64,000 nt of DNA from Felis catus (taxonomy: Eukaryota): positions 203,050,001 to 203,114,000 of the forward strand of contig NC_058375.1 of the NCBI RefSeq assembly GCF_018350175.1, in the 5' to 3' direction. Every line of letters starts with the position of its first letter. The first letter of the stretch is position 1. Positions 12,706-30,641 of the stretch are shown in pieces. Both the position numbers and the translations under genes were made by a program. The notes below the pieces were generated by a model. The model worked only from the letters and a program-made list of their open reading frames with translations. It made no database searches and was not told the origin of the DNA.

Positions 12706-13109
12706 ATGGGTATAACATATGAGTAGTGGTTAGAAAGTTTGAAAAACACTGACCTAGGCCTTTTAAGACTCATCCTGGTAGCTGCTAAGGGATCCATGTA
12801 AAACACGACTGCTTGGAAAAGGGTGATTAAAATCATGGTTTTGTCCTCAAGGAGGCAGCTGGGGAAAGGCTGTTGGGTAGACAATCAACAGAGTGGGCTA
12901 CAGCAGCAGAGTGGCCAAGTACTGCTCAATCCCATTGTTCTCATCTTCAAACCCCATGAGCTAAGAAGCCTTCTACAATCTTGGCTGCTACGCTACATTA
13001 AGTGACCCAGCACCTTCTTTACTACTTCAAATTCAAGATGGTCCACATACCACAAAATTTATCCTTTACCTCCCCTTGTGACACTAGCTTTCTCCCAAAT
13101 ATCTGTTTT

Positions 13110-13488
13110 CTTTCACTGATAAAATAATTGAAATTTTATCCGGGCACATGGCTATCCAGCTAAGGACTACATTTCCCAGCTAGGGAATGAGCATGATGGA
13201 GATCATGTGACTATCCGAAGTGCACAGAAGTGATGTATGCAAATTCAGGGTCATGTCCTTAAGTTGTAGGGAGCGCTCTCCTTTTCTTCCCCCTCACTCT
13301 GCTGCCTGGAGCAAGGACTCATTTGGGACCATATGGACAAAGGCAACAGCTTAGGATAGTGGAGCCACAAAATAGGAGGTGCCCAAGCCCTGGATTATTA
13401 CACAAACGAGAAATTAAGCTTCTTTCTCATTTGTGCCACTGTTTTTGAGTCTCTGTCATGGCAGCTTTGCCTGAATCCTATCTAATAC
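13110..13488. mobile_element. MLT1-type LTR remnant
   Basis: 'ggctatccagctaaggactacatttcccagc...catgtgact...agaagtgatgtatgcaaattcagg...ctgaatcctatctaatac' resembles MLT1 (from memory). Confidence 0.6.
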
Positions 13489-14689
13489 TTTCTTCTTATG
13501 TATTATTAGTAGCAAATGGCAGAAGCTTGAAGGGCAGAGAGAGGTACATAGACATTGGACACATCTGTGTTTAAGGTGTGTGGACTTTAAACCATACTCT
13601 CAGACAGTAACTGTTTGCTTTCATGTCTGGGGTCAAAATCCCAGCAGGCTGAGGATTAGATAGAAGGTCAGAGAAACACAATTCTTGCCCATGATAGATA
13701 CTGCTTAGATTAGATTAAATCATATGGAAACATTTTAAGTTAAAAAAAAATAGTCAAATATTAGCAATTTTGTAAGTTTCAATCTAACAGAACTGATGGT
13801 GGATTTCACAGATACGGCGTTCTGGAGTTCACAAATGGCAGGTTCTTCAACAACTGTTCTTTCTTAGGGACCTACGTCAAAAGCTGGACCCCCATGGCAG
13901 AGGGCCCTCACATGCACACCTGCATCAAGAGCCTTCACAATGTCATCAGCCTGTGATCAGAGATTCTGACAAAGCCTTGAGAAATACCCTGAATCTACTG
14001 GGATGACTCATAACTATCTTAAAACAGACAAAATGAAATCAATGAAATAATAGCAGTTAGCCATAGTTTTATCGGGGTGTAGACTTTGAGAGGAGGCAAA
14101 AGGCTTAGGTCATGATACGACTTAAGCCCAAATGTGTGAGCCACAAGATTAACCTCTTTTTATGGAGCTCACTGTGTCCCACTGCAGATAACGGAGGATT
14201 GCAGATAGCAACTCCTCTCCCGTCCCCCAGTCAGTATGACAGATGGCTATCCTATAGCTTAATATATTATGAATACTGATTCTCTTGGCCTCAATTCCAA
14301 ATTCTTGGGAAAGAATCTGATTGGCCGTATAGCCAAATACAGCAGATGCTCCTGGTGCCCCGGGCCACATTTGCTTGGTCCATCTATGACTTCAGCTACT
14401 GCTGGGGACAGTTCCTATAAGCCTGACTGGCTTCCCACCTCAAAACCCAGCCTCACCATTTCTGCCCCCGGGGCAAAGCCTCCATAGCTCAGTCAGCTCA
14501 CACACAGGTGCAGATTGGCTGTGCCAAGTGGGTGTGGGAGAGTTATCACCCCCAGCAACAATCCCCAACTTACGGCAGACAGGAGTCCGCCCAGCCTTCT
14601 GTCCTTTAGAAAGACAATTCTGAGGTGCATTCTATATCCCAGTGGAACTGAGCTCCTATTATCACAGTGGTAATCAGCTCAATAACATT

Positions 14690-15103
14690 CTTTTTCTTTT
14701 TAATGTTTATTTATTTTTGAGAGAGAGAGACTGTGTGTGAGTAGGGGAGGGGCAGAGAGAGAGGAGAGAGAGAGAATCCAAAGCAGGCTCCGTACTGCCA
14801 GTGCCGAGTCTGACGTGGGTCTTGAACCCATGAACCGTGAGATCATGAGTCACTGAGCCACCCAGGCACCCCTCAGTAACATTCCTTTTTTTTTTTTTAA
14901 CATTTATTCATTTTTGAGAGACAGAGAGAGACAGAGAGTGGGGGAGGGGCAGAGAGAGAGAGAGGGAGACAGGACAGAATCTGAAGCAACCTCCAGGCTC
15001 TGAGCTGTCACCAGAGCCCAACCCGGGGCTCGAACTCACAGACCGCCAGATCATGACCTGAGCCAAAGTTGGATGCTCAACCGACTGAGTCACCCAGGTG
15101 CCC
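14690..15103 (-). mobile_element. Two tandem Can-SINEs (14690-14872, 14887-15103)
   Basis: Target ctcaataacattc recurs three times with small changes (~14678, ~14873, ~15104). Confidence 0.9.
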
Positions 15104-15559
15104 CTCAATAATATTCTCTATTGGTTTTCTTTCCTTCCTTGTCTCTGTCTCCTACTTTGGCTGGGATTACCTCCCACATGAACCACCTGCACCCAGATCC
15201 TTATCTCAGGCTACGCTTTTGGGGCAACACAAGCCTAGATACCTAGTATGTGTCAGATGATTACCCCCAGACCAATCATCGTTGGGAGGGCAGAAACATG
15301 GTTGTCCTGAGCCACCCCAGGGTGTGAGGGTGGGTTGAGGGAAGCAACAGCCAGAATTTCCCTGAAGGAATGGCCAAAGTGTACCCCATACACTAACCCC
15401 ATTTGGCTGAGCTTTTGCATAGAGGTAAGTCAAGGTGTTTCCTGCAGATAAGGTTGGGATTTTTCTTAAAATGTTTTTTTCTAAGTACTTCATAATTGCT
15501 CTGGGAAAATAGAATTCCCCCCTTTCATTTTATCCTTTCAGTGACATATTGGAAACTTA

Positions 15560-15755
15560 CTTTTATTTTTTTGAGAGAAAGAGAAAGACTGTGCACATGT
15601 GCGAGTAGGGGAGGAGCAAAGAGAAGGAAAGGGAGAGTATTCCACACAGGCTCCACACCATAAGCACTGAGCCCAACGCGGGGCTCAAACCTATGAACCT
15701 TAAGCTCATGACCTGAGCCGAAGTTGGACACTTAACTAAGCCAACCATGCACCCC
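15560..15755 (-). mobile_element. Can-SINE (diverged)
   Basis: Tail, linker and head recognisable. Confidence 0.85.
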
Positions 15756-15787
15756 AGAAAGTTTACTTATTTTAAAATATCTATCTC

Positions 15788-16009
15788 GGGGCGCCTGGGT
15801 GGCGCAGTCGGTTAAGCGTCCGACTTCAGCCAGGTCACGATCTCGCGGTCCCGGAGTTCGAGCCCCGCGTCAGGCTCTGGGCTGATGGCTCAGAGCCTGG
15901 AGCCTGTTTCCGATTCTGTGTCTCCCTCTCTCTCTGCCCCTCCCCCGTTCATGCTCTGTCTCTCTCTGTCCCAGAAATAAATAAAAACGTTGAAAAAAAA
16001 ATTTAAAAA
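15788..16009 (+). mobile_element. Very young SINEC_Fc
   Basis: CpG-rich near-consensus head ggggcgcctgggtggcgcagtcggttaagcgtccgacttcagccaggtcacgatctcgcgg; 14-bp TSD aaaatatctatctc at 15774-15787 and 16010-16023. Confidence 0.97.
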
Positions 16010-16255
16010 AAAATATCTATCTCATACCTAAACTCCTTACTGAACTCTAATTCTAAACACTGCCCCCACTCCAGTTCAAGCCATCATCATCTCTTGCTTG
16101 GATTGTAGCAGCTGGTATCCTATCTGGTCTCCCTTCTTCCGATCTCCTAGTTCTTCTGATCTGTTCTCCACTCTGAAGCCAGGGTGATCTTCCCCAAATA
16201 CAAACCTGATCATGTTCCTCCCCTACTTAAAGCTATCTGTAGTCTCTTGTTATAT

Positions 16256-16467
16256 ATTTTTTTTCAACGTTTATTTATTTTTGGGACAGAGAGAGACAGA
16301 GCATGAACGGGGGAGGGGCAGAGAGAGAGGGAGACACAGAATCGGAAGCAGGCTCCAGGCTCTGAGCTGTCAGCACAGAGCCCGATGCGGGGCTCGAACT
16401 CACGGACCGCGAGATCGTGACCTGGCTGAAGTCGGACGCTTAACCGACTGCGCCACCCAGGCGCCCC
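16256..16467 (-). mobile_element. Young SINEC_Fc inserted in an L2 remnant (~16020-16850)
   Basis: 15-bp TSD agtctcttgttatat at 16241-16255 and 16468-16482. Confidence 0.96.
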
Positions 16468-16879
16468 AGTCTCTTGTTATATTTATGTTGAAGTTCTCAA
16501 TACTACTGTGGCCTCCACTATCTGAGCTAATGTGACCCCTGCTAGCTCTCCAGCTTCCCCTCCAGATTGCTTTTTATACCCTAAGATCCAGATGCCCCAA
16601 GCTTTTTTAAAGTTGATGTAAAGACCTCGTTCCCTCTCTTATCTCCGGGTCTTTGTCCCTGCTGATTCCTCTGCCTGGGGTACCATCTCCTTCCACTCTA
16701 CTCCTCTCTCCCTTAGCCTTCACTTAGCTATCATGCACTCATCCTTCAGGTTTTGACTTAAAAAGATACTTGTCCACCCCAGACTGGGGGTTCCTGAAAT
16801 GTATATATTTGCCCTGTATGACATGTCTTTGCATATATCATCCAGTTGCTTTTTCATATGTTTTTATTAAGCTTTTTAA

Positions 16880-17366
16880 ATTTTTTATTTCATTTTAAAA
16901 AATATTTTTTAATGTTTATTTATTTCTGAAAGAGAGACAGAATGCGAGCAGGGGAGGGGCAGGGAGAGAGAGGGAGACACAGAATCCGAAGCAGGCTCCA
17001 GGCTCAGAGCTGTCAGCACAGAGCCCAATGTGGGGCTCGAACTCACAAACTGAGAGATCATGACCTGAGCAGAAGTCAGGCACTTAACTGCCTGAGCCAC
17101 CCAGGTGCCCCTATTAAGCTTTTGTTTTTTTAAATTTATTTTATTTTTATTTTCAGAGAGAGTGAGCTGGGTAGGAGCAGAGGGGGAGGGGGAGAGAGAG
17201 AGAGAAAGAGAGAAAGAGAATCCCAAGCAGACTCTGCACTGTCAGCACAGAGCTTGACTCGGGGCTTGATCTCATCAACCCGTGAGATCATGACCTGAGC
17301 CAAAATCAAGATAGAATCAAGCATCCGAAATCGGATGCTTAACCAACTGAGCCCCCCAGGCGCCCA
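16880..17366 (-). mobile_element. Two tandem Can-SINEs (~16880-17110, ~17120-17366)
   Basis: Two heads and tails; repeated target tattaagctttt. Confidence 0.9.
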
Positions 17367-17498
17367 TATGTTTTGTATTAATAAGCTCCCAGGGGCGCCT
17401 CAGCAGCTGAGGGGCTGAGTTCTTACCTGTGAGAACAGAGGAGACCATGACAGCCTGACACAACTTACTTCATTCTTACAGCAAAACAACTTTACTTC

Positions 17499-17716
17499 TT
17501 TTTTTAATTTTTTTTTAATGTTTATTTATTTTTGAGACAGAGAGAGACAGAGCATGAACGGGGGAGGGTCAGAGAGAGGGAGACACAGAATCTGAAACAG
17601 GCTCCAGGCTCTGAGCTGTCAGCACAGAGCCCGACGCGGGGCTCGAACTCACGGACCGTGAGATCGTGACCTGAGCCGAAGTCGGCCGCTCAACCGACTG
17701 AGCCACCCAGGCGCCC
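17499..17716 (-). mobile_element. Young SINEC_Fc
   Basis: 17-bp TSD aaaacaactttacttct at 17482-17498 and 17717-17733. Confidence 0.96.
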
Positions 17717-18179
17717 CAAAACAACTTTACTTCTAAAAACAATTTTTGAAATACTATCAAACCCACATAAACAAAACCACACAATTCTAGGCACTGCGCT
17801 GGGTGCTAGGGACCCAGAACTAGGGAGACGTGGTCCCTGATTTCCCCGTACATTTATGTGCGCCTGTGTGACCAGCTGATTACAATAAGGTGATGTGGGT
17901 GCTAGCACAGAACCAGGGAGATCACAGAGCAGGTACTGGGGAGGGTCAGGGAAGTCTTACGCAAAGGGCATCAGAGCTAAACCTGGAGGAAGGATCCGCA
18001 GATCCGGAGAAAATTCTGCACTTCGAGGAAATATGGGAATCTTCAGCTCGTGGACAGGAAGTGCAGCCGTGGCAGCGGACGAAAGGGCGAGGGGGAAAGT
18101 GTGAGAGCGAGAAGCGGGCAAGGGACCCAACTGTAAAAGACCCCAAGCTACCCCAGCCCGCCTTCCCCAAGATATCTAC

Positions 18180-18760
18180 CCTCGTCCTCGCCCGTCCTTT
18201 CGCTCTACTGGGAGCAAAACCGGCGCGCAAGATCCCCGCGCCGCGCGCGGCCACGCCCTCGCCTCACCCAGCAGGGAAGGGCGGAGCTCTCCTCTGCACG
18301 GGCGCTCCTCCCGCCGCCCCGAGACTGCGCGGGACGTGCCCGCCCTGCGCGATGACGTCAGTGCGCCCGCGCGCGCCGGGGGAGGAGTGGGACCCCGCTG
18401 GTCGGGAAGGGCTCAGGCTCCGGTAACTCGGGCTGGGCGGGGGAGAGGAAAGGGCGGGGCTGGGAGCCCCCCAGAGTGCGGGGTCGTGGCCTGGACCCGG
18501 CGCGGGAGCCCTAGACACGATCAGCGCCGCTTCTTCGGCCAGCCGGCCCCGCCCGGTCCAGCGATGGAGTTTCCGGACCTCGGGGCTCACTGTTCCGAGC
18601 CGAGCTGTCAGCGCTTGGGTGAGGGGCGGAGCGCGCGGGGGGCGGGGCCGGGCCCGAGGGGCTTGGAGCTGAAGGTGGGGCGAAGGGTGGGCTCCGGGGC
18701 TGGAAGTGTCAGAGGAGGGCGGGGATCGAAGTTGGGGGCGGTGGCTAAGGGGGCGTGGCT
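18180..18760 (+). promoter_or_regulatory. ZFAND2B: ZFAND2B CpG-island promoter with perfect CRE
   Basis: Very GC/CpG-rich; palindromic TGACGTCA at 18353-18360; GC boxes (gggcggg) ~18435-18460. Confidence 0.8.
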
Positions 18761-20954
18761 AAGGAGATGGAGCCTAGGAACGGGTATAGTTTGCTGCAAA
18801 CGGGTATAGTTTTCCTTACCGAGTGGAGGGCTTGAGTGAGTGGGAACGACGTCGAGGTCTCGCTGGGCCTGCAATCCGACCCACTTCTTGCAGATTTTCT
18901 GCCGCTGAAGTGCGACGCCTGCTCGGGCATCTTCTGCGCAGACCATGTGGCCTACGCCCAGCATCACTGTGGGTCTGCTTACCAAAAGGTGAGGGGGCGG
19001 TCTGAGGGTGAGAGGGGGCGGGTGGAGAAAGCATGCAGCATCTCCGGAATCCCTCTGCCTCTCTTTTCCTCTGCTTTATTGCTTTGAGGCTCAGCGGTGC
19101 AAACATTGTTTCCTTGTGCGTTATAGGGGGCATATCCAGGTTCTTTCAGGGAGGCTGTTTCAGGACCAGATATTTGGTTGGACTGGGAGCGGGCCACAGA
19201 CTGAACCCTGCTCCTTAACTCTAGGATATCCAGGTACCTGTATGCCCACTCTGTAATGTGCCTGTACCTGTGGCCAGAGGGGAGCCCCCTGACCGTGCTG
19301 TGGGGGAGCATATTGACCGAGACTGTCGCTCAGATCCAGCACAGCAAAAACGTAAGGTAAGCATTGGAGGGGTTAGCCATGACCTAGCTGGGACCATGGA
19401 TGCTTGCAAACTGGAACAGCTGTTATGATGGGACTCGAGAGGTGGGGGTCAGAGTCTCAGCAGAGGCAAACCTTCCCACTCCACCTCAGATCTTCACCAA
19501 TAAGTGTGAACGCTCTGGCTGCCGGCAGCGAGAAATGATGAAACTGACCTGTGAACGCTGTGGCCGAAACTTCTGCATCAAGCACCGTCACCCACTGGAC
19601 CATGATTGCTCTGGGGAGGGTCACCCAACCAGCCGGGCAGGGTAATTGCTACCAAGTCCAGTACTTGTGCCTTTAGGATCTCCCCATCCTTTTGGAACTT
19701 ACTCAGCCTCTTTCATTACAAGTTGGGGAGCTTCAAACCTGTTGCCTTTGGCTAGGGGAGTCTTTTAGCTTCGTTTTCAAGTGCCTATTTTTCTAGACTG
19801 TTTGGAGGAACTCCCCTCCTGACTTCCTGGGTAAGGCCTGGGAGGAGCCTGCAAGCTATCCTTGGAAGCATGCCAAGAGTGTCTCTTCTCTACAGACTTG
19901 CTGCCATCTCCAGAGCACAAGCTTCTTCTACAAGCACCATCCCCAGCCCGAGTCGGACATTGCCTTCATCTACCTCTCCCAGCAGGTAGGCCTGCCTGTT
20001 TCTCCTCTCCCTTTTTCCCCTTTGCATCTCTGACCTCAGCCTCTTGAATGTCTGCCGTAGAGCCACAACCCAGTCTCCATCCCGGACAGCCCCTCCGGTG
20101 ATTGCTCTGCAGAACGGCTTGGTGAGTTGGGTGGAGGTTGGATGGACAGAAGGAAACCCACACGGAGAATAAAGTCCAAGGCAACTGGTCTCTCTCCTTT
20201 TTACAGAGTGAGGATGAGGCTCTGCAACGAGCCCTAGAACTGTCCCTGGCAGAGACCAAACCCCAGGTCCCAAGGTACCTACTCTGGTGAAAGACGATGG
20301 GATGTGGGCAAAAGCTCAGACTGGAGGGAGGTACGTGGGACCACTCCAACCCCATGTAGGATGATGGCTAGGCACTTGGGCTCAAAATGAAGCTTATTAA
20401 CTATATGATCTCTGACAAGTTCTTTTAACCTATAAGGTTATAAGGTTCTTAGTTTCCTCTAAAATGGAACAGTACTAATACCTACCTACTTATAGGGTTG
20501 TGTGGAGATTGAGATAATACTCAGAAGTGCTTAGCACGGCGATGCCTAACAGATAAGACACTCATGTTTCAGATATTATTGTCATCTAGTTTAAGCTGTT
20601 CCTCCCTCTCAGTTCTCAGGAGGAAGAAGACTTAGCTTTAGCACAAGCACTATCAGCAAGTGAGGCAGAATACCAACGGCAGCAGGTATGAGGACTGGGT
20701 GGGGGGAGTTGAGGTCCTGCGTTGGGAGTTTGGGGGGCTTTCTTCAAGTGGTGGAGAGTGTGGAATGGTGGTTATCCTTTTGTTTTTGGTGTGACTCTAG
20801 CCCACGCTGGGCTCTGAAGTGAGGACTGTCCCTCATTTCCTTGACGTCGCACCCTGTCTTCCTTCCCTTCCTTCCCTTCCTTCCCTTCCTTCCCTCTTCC
20901 TTGCTCCAGGCGCAAAGTCGCACCTTGAAGCCGTCCAACTGCAGCCTGTGCTAG
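18564..20954 (+). CDS. ZFAND2B: AN1-type zinc finger protein 2B (AIRAPL), 256 aa, 9 coding exons
   Basis: Exons 18564-18618, 18894-18988, 19225-19356, 19490-19641, 19896-19985, 20061-20121, 20207-20274, 20613-20685, 20910-20954; all GT-AG, 771 nt in frame. Starts MEFPDLGAHCSEPSCQRLDFLPLKCDAC; two AN1 fingers, UIM-like SEDEALQRALELSLAE and EEEDLALAQALSASEAE, C-terminal CaaX CSLC. Confidence 0.97.
20860..20900 (+). repeat. (CTTCC)n repeat forming the polypyrimidine tract of the last ZFAND2B exon
   Basis: Tandem cttcc units directly upstream of acceptor ccag|GCG at 20910. Confidence 0.85.
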
Positions 20955-21291
20955 GGCCTTGGGCTTGGGGAGGGAGGCTCGGCTGAGGAGGACTGTGGCC
21001 CTCACACCTCTAGGGTACAGAGGGAGAGGAGGCTGGGAGCAGCCTGGAAGACTGAGGAGAAGGAGAAGAAACGGAGGCCCCCTCCAGGGAGCGTCAGGAG
21101 GAACAGCTGTGGAGCCCAGCCCATAGAAGGCCCCGCTGGCCTCTCCAGCTGCATAGGAGAGAGCGGCTAGAACCATCCGGCGGCTGAGCCTCGGGGAATG
21201 CCGGCCAGGCCCCGTTCAGCTCCCTGCATCATGTAATCCCCCTTACACTGGGGCTGCCTCATGCCGAGGGGACAAGGAGGGGCCTGCAAAG

Positions 21292-21297
21292 AATAAA
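21292..21297 (+). terminator. ZFAND2B: ZFAND2B polyadenylation signal AATAAA
   Basis: First AATAAA after the stop, followed by a GT/T-rich element (~21325-21345). Confidence 0.75.
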
Positions 21298-21456
21298 GGA
21301 TCTTGGCAGTCAATAAGACCTCCAAGTGCTGTGTTTCTTTCTCCTCTACAACCGAAACCAGGGGGGTCCTGTCAAGAATGCTCCCCTGACTTAAGTGTAG
21401 AGGCCCACGGCAGTACCCCACATCAAAGTCACAAGGATCCTGGCATAGTCCACACT

Positions 21457-21462
21457 TTTATT
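21457..21462 (-). terminator. ABCB6: ABCB6 polyadenylation signal AATAAA
   Basis: tttatt on the plus strand about 150 nt past the ABCB6 stop; converges on the ZFAND2B 3' end. Confidence 0.75.
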
Positions 21463-21609
21463 TCCCCAAAAAGTGCTTTTCTGAAAGGTTCTTTGCTCTC
21501 ACTATAGGTAGCACCATACCCCAACCCCAGCATGAAATATACTGGGAAAAGGGATACATCTTATTCCCTTCTGAGTTTTCCTCTTGGAGGGAAGTGGCCA
21601 CAACTCTTG

Positions 21610-28907
<7,298 letters not shown>

Positions 28908-29599
28908 GGTAATGCGTGGCCGCCGGCCGAGGCTGCGGGGACTGCGGGAAGGGAGAACGGGACCGGCTGCTCAGGGCGGGACGCGAATGCCAGGGTGTCT
29001 CGGGTCATGGAGACAAGGGGCGCCAAGCCGCGGGCCTCTCGGGCAGGGACACACGTGGGTCCGGCCACACTACCCACTCTCTTCGCGCACGCGCCGCCGA
29101 CACGCACTCACGCAGGGCACGTACGCCGTCTTCGGCAGTCCGTCCGCCCCTCGCTCGCAGCCCAGGCAGGACCCTCCTGCCAAGTCCGGGCCCAAAGGAA
29201 TGTTGAGCATCTGACTGGAGCGGCTCTGGCGCAGCAGCCCTGCCCACCGGGGGGGCGGCCTCAGCCCCTACCTAGGGTCCCCATTGGCCAAGCTCCCCGA
29301 AGGGGCCGGGAGTTAAGGTGCACGCGGGAAAGGCAAAATACAGGGGCGGAGTCGGGCTGGTCACGTGCGCAGGGCGCGAAATCTGACCGCACGTCCAGCG
29401 GGAGACCTTGACCTCCGCGGAACCATGGCTAGGAAATGGCACTTTTGCTACCACGCTGGCTCGGTTTAGCTGAGTGACGACATAGGCCAGCTTTCCTATA
29501 GGGCCCCAGCCACCTGGGGGATCAGACGCAACCCACTCGTTCTCAGAATCCTAGCCGCGCGAGAAAACAAGCCAAGACCTGGTCAAAGTCCCTTTTTTT

Positions 29600-29605
29600 T
29601 TTATT
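29600..29605 (-). terminator. ATG9A: ATG9A polyadenylation signal AATAAA
   Basis: tttatt on the plus strand about 1.04 kb past the ATG9A stop. Confidence 0.75.
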
Positions 29606-30641
29606 AAGGGTTATCAAGCTGTACACAGTTCCTACTCCTTCCGCTGCGAGCTCAGGCAGCGCGGTTCACCACACCCGCAGCGGACCAGACCTGGGCGCGG
29701 CGCGGGGCGGAGAGTAGGAGCTGAATCCCAGCATGCAACGCGGCAGCTCAAAGCCTAGGGCGAAGGCCTCCTGTCGCGCCTCCATCCCCCTCTAGGGGTC
29801 AGCGGGAGACAGGCCAGAGCTCTCTTGCTGGGAGGTAGACAGCCAAGGGCACACTCCAGCCCAGTCCGTCCCAAGTGCAGGCGGTAAAGGGGTACAATAA
29901 GCAGCAATGGGGGCCAGGATGGCCTCAGTCTCCCAGGGGCCCATCCTAAAAGTGGGAGAGGGCAGCAAATAATTTCTATCCTGCTCCTGCAATTTAGAAA
30001 CCTTCCTTCTTAGTGTCAAAAGATAGCATGAGGGGAGCTGGGAGCTAGGGCCTCCACACCAGTGCAAAGCAAAAGCTGAACAGAACGGGAGCAAGCGGCA
30101 TACACGCCAGTAATGTGCGGGAAGCAGGAGAGAAGTGAGCAGGCTGCAGCACTGGGAGAGAAGTGGGGGTGAGGTAAGGGCCACAGCCTGAGCTGCTCAT
30201 CTGTTCAGGGTGGAGGGAGGGAGGCTGCAGACGTTGAGGGTCCAGACCCAACCTCCCCACTCCACAGTTGGCACAGGTGCTCCCTGCTTGGCAGCTTCTG
30301 TGATGGGCAGTCCTCTGGAGACTTGCAGGGGCAGGTGCGAAGGTGGCAGTACTGGGGCTGGGCTGGGGACCAGTTTCTAGCACCACACTCTGAGCCAAGG
30401 GGGGGGGGGGGTCCTGGGAATGAGGCTAGAGTCCTGTGTGCCTTGGTTCCTAGGCCCCCAATTTCTCTCCTGGGGCTGTGGCAAGCCCAGCGTTGGCACC
30501 TCCCTTGGCCGGGCACGGACACACAAACACCACACACGTGGAGCCGGGCGACACTCAGAGAAGCCCTCCGTGGCGGGAGGATGGGATGGCAGGGCAACAG
30601 TGGCCTCCATCCTGGGACATAGGGACCTTCCTCAGCCTTGC

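Noticed and set aside
1424-17716. tRNA genes or a CRISPR-like repeat array
   Set aside because: The A/B-box heads are tRNA-derived SINE parts with no cloverleaf 3' half; copies are dispersed, carry TSDs and poly(A) tails, and have no regular repeat-spacer period.
1398-17784. Many 60-130 aa ORFs with recurring MAQSV.../...ERERE motifs
   Set aside because: All are translations of Can-SINE copies.
17890-18809. Long ORFs (178 aa, 157 aa) over the ZFAND2B promoter
   Set aside because: Low-complexity Pro/Arg/Gly/Ala translation typical of stop-poor CpG islands; no recognisable domain.
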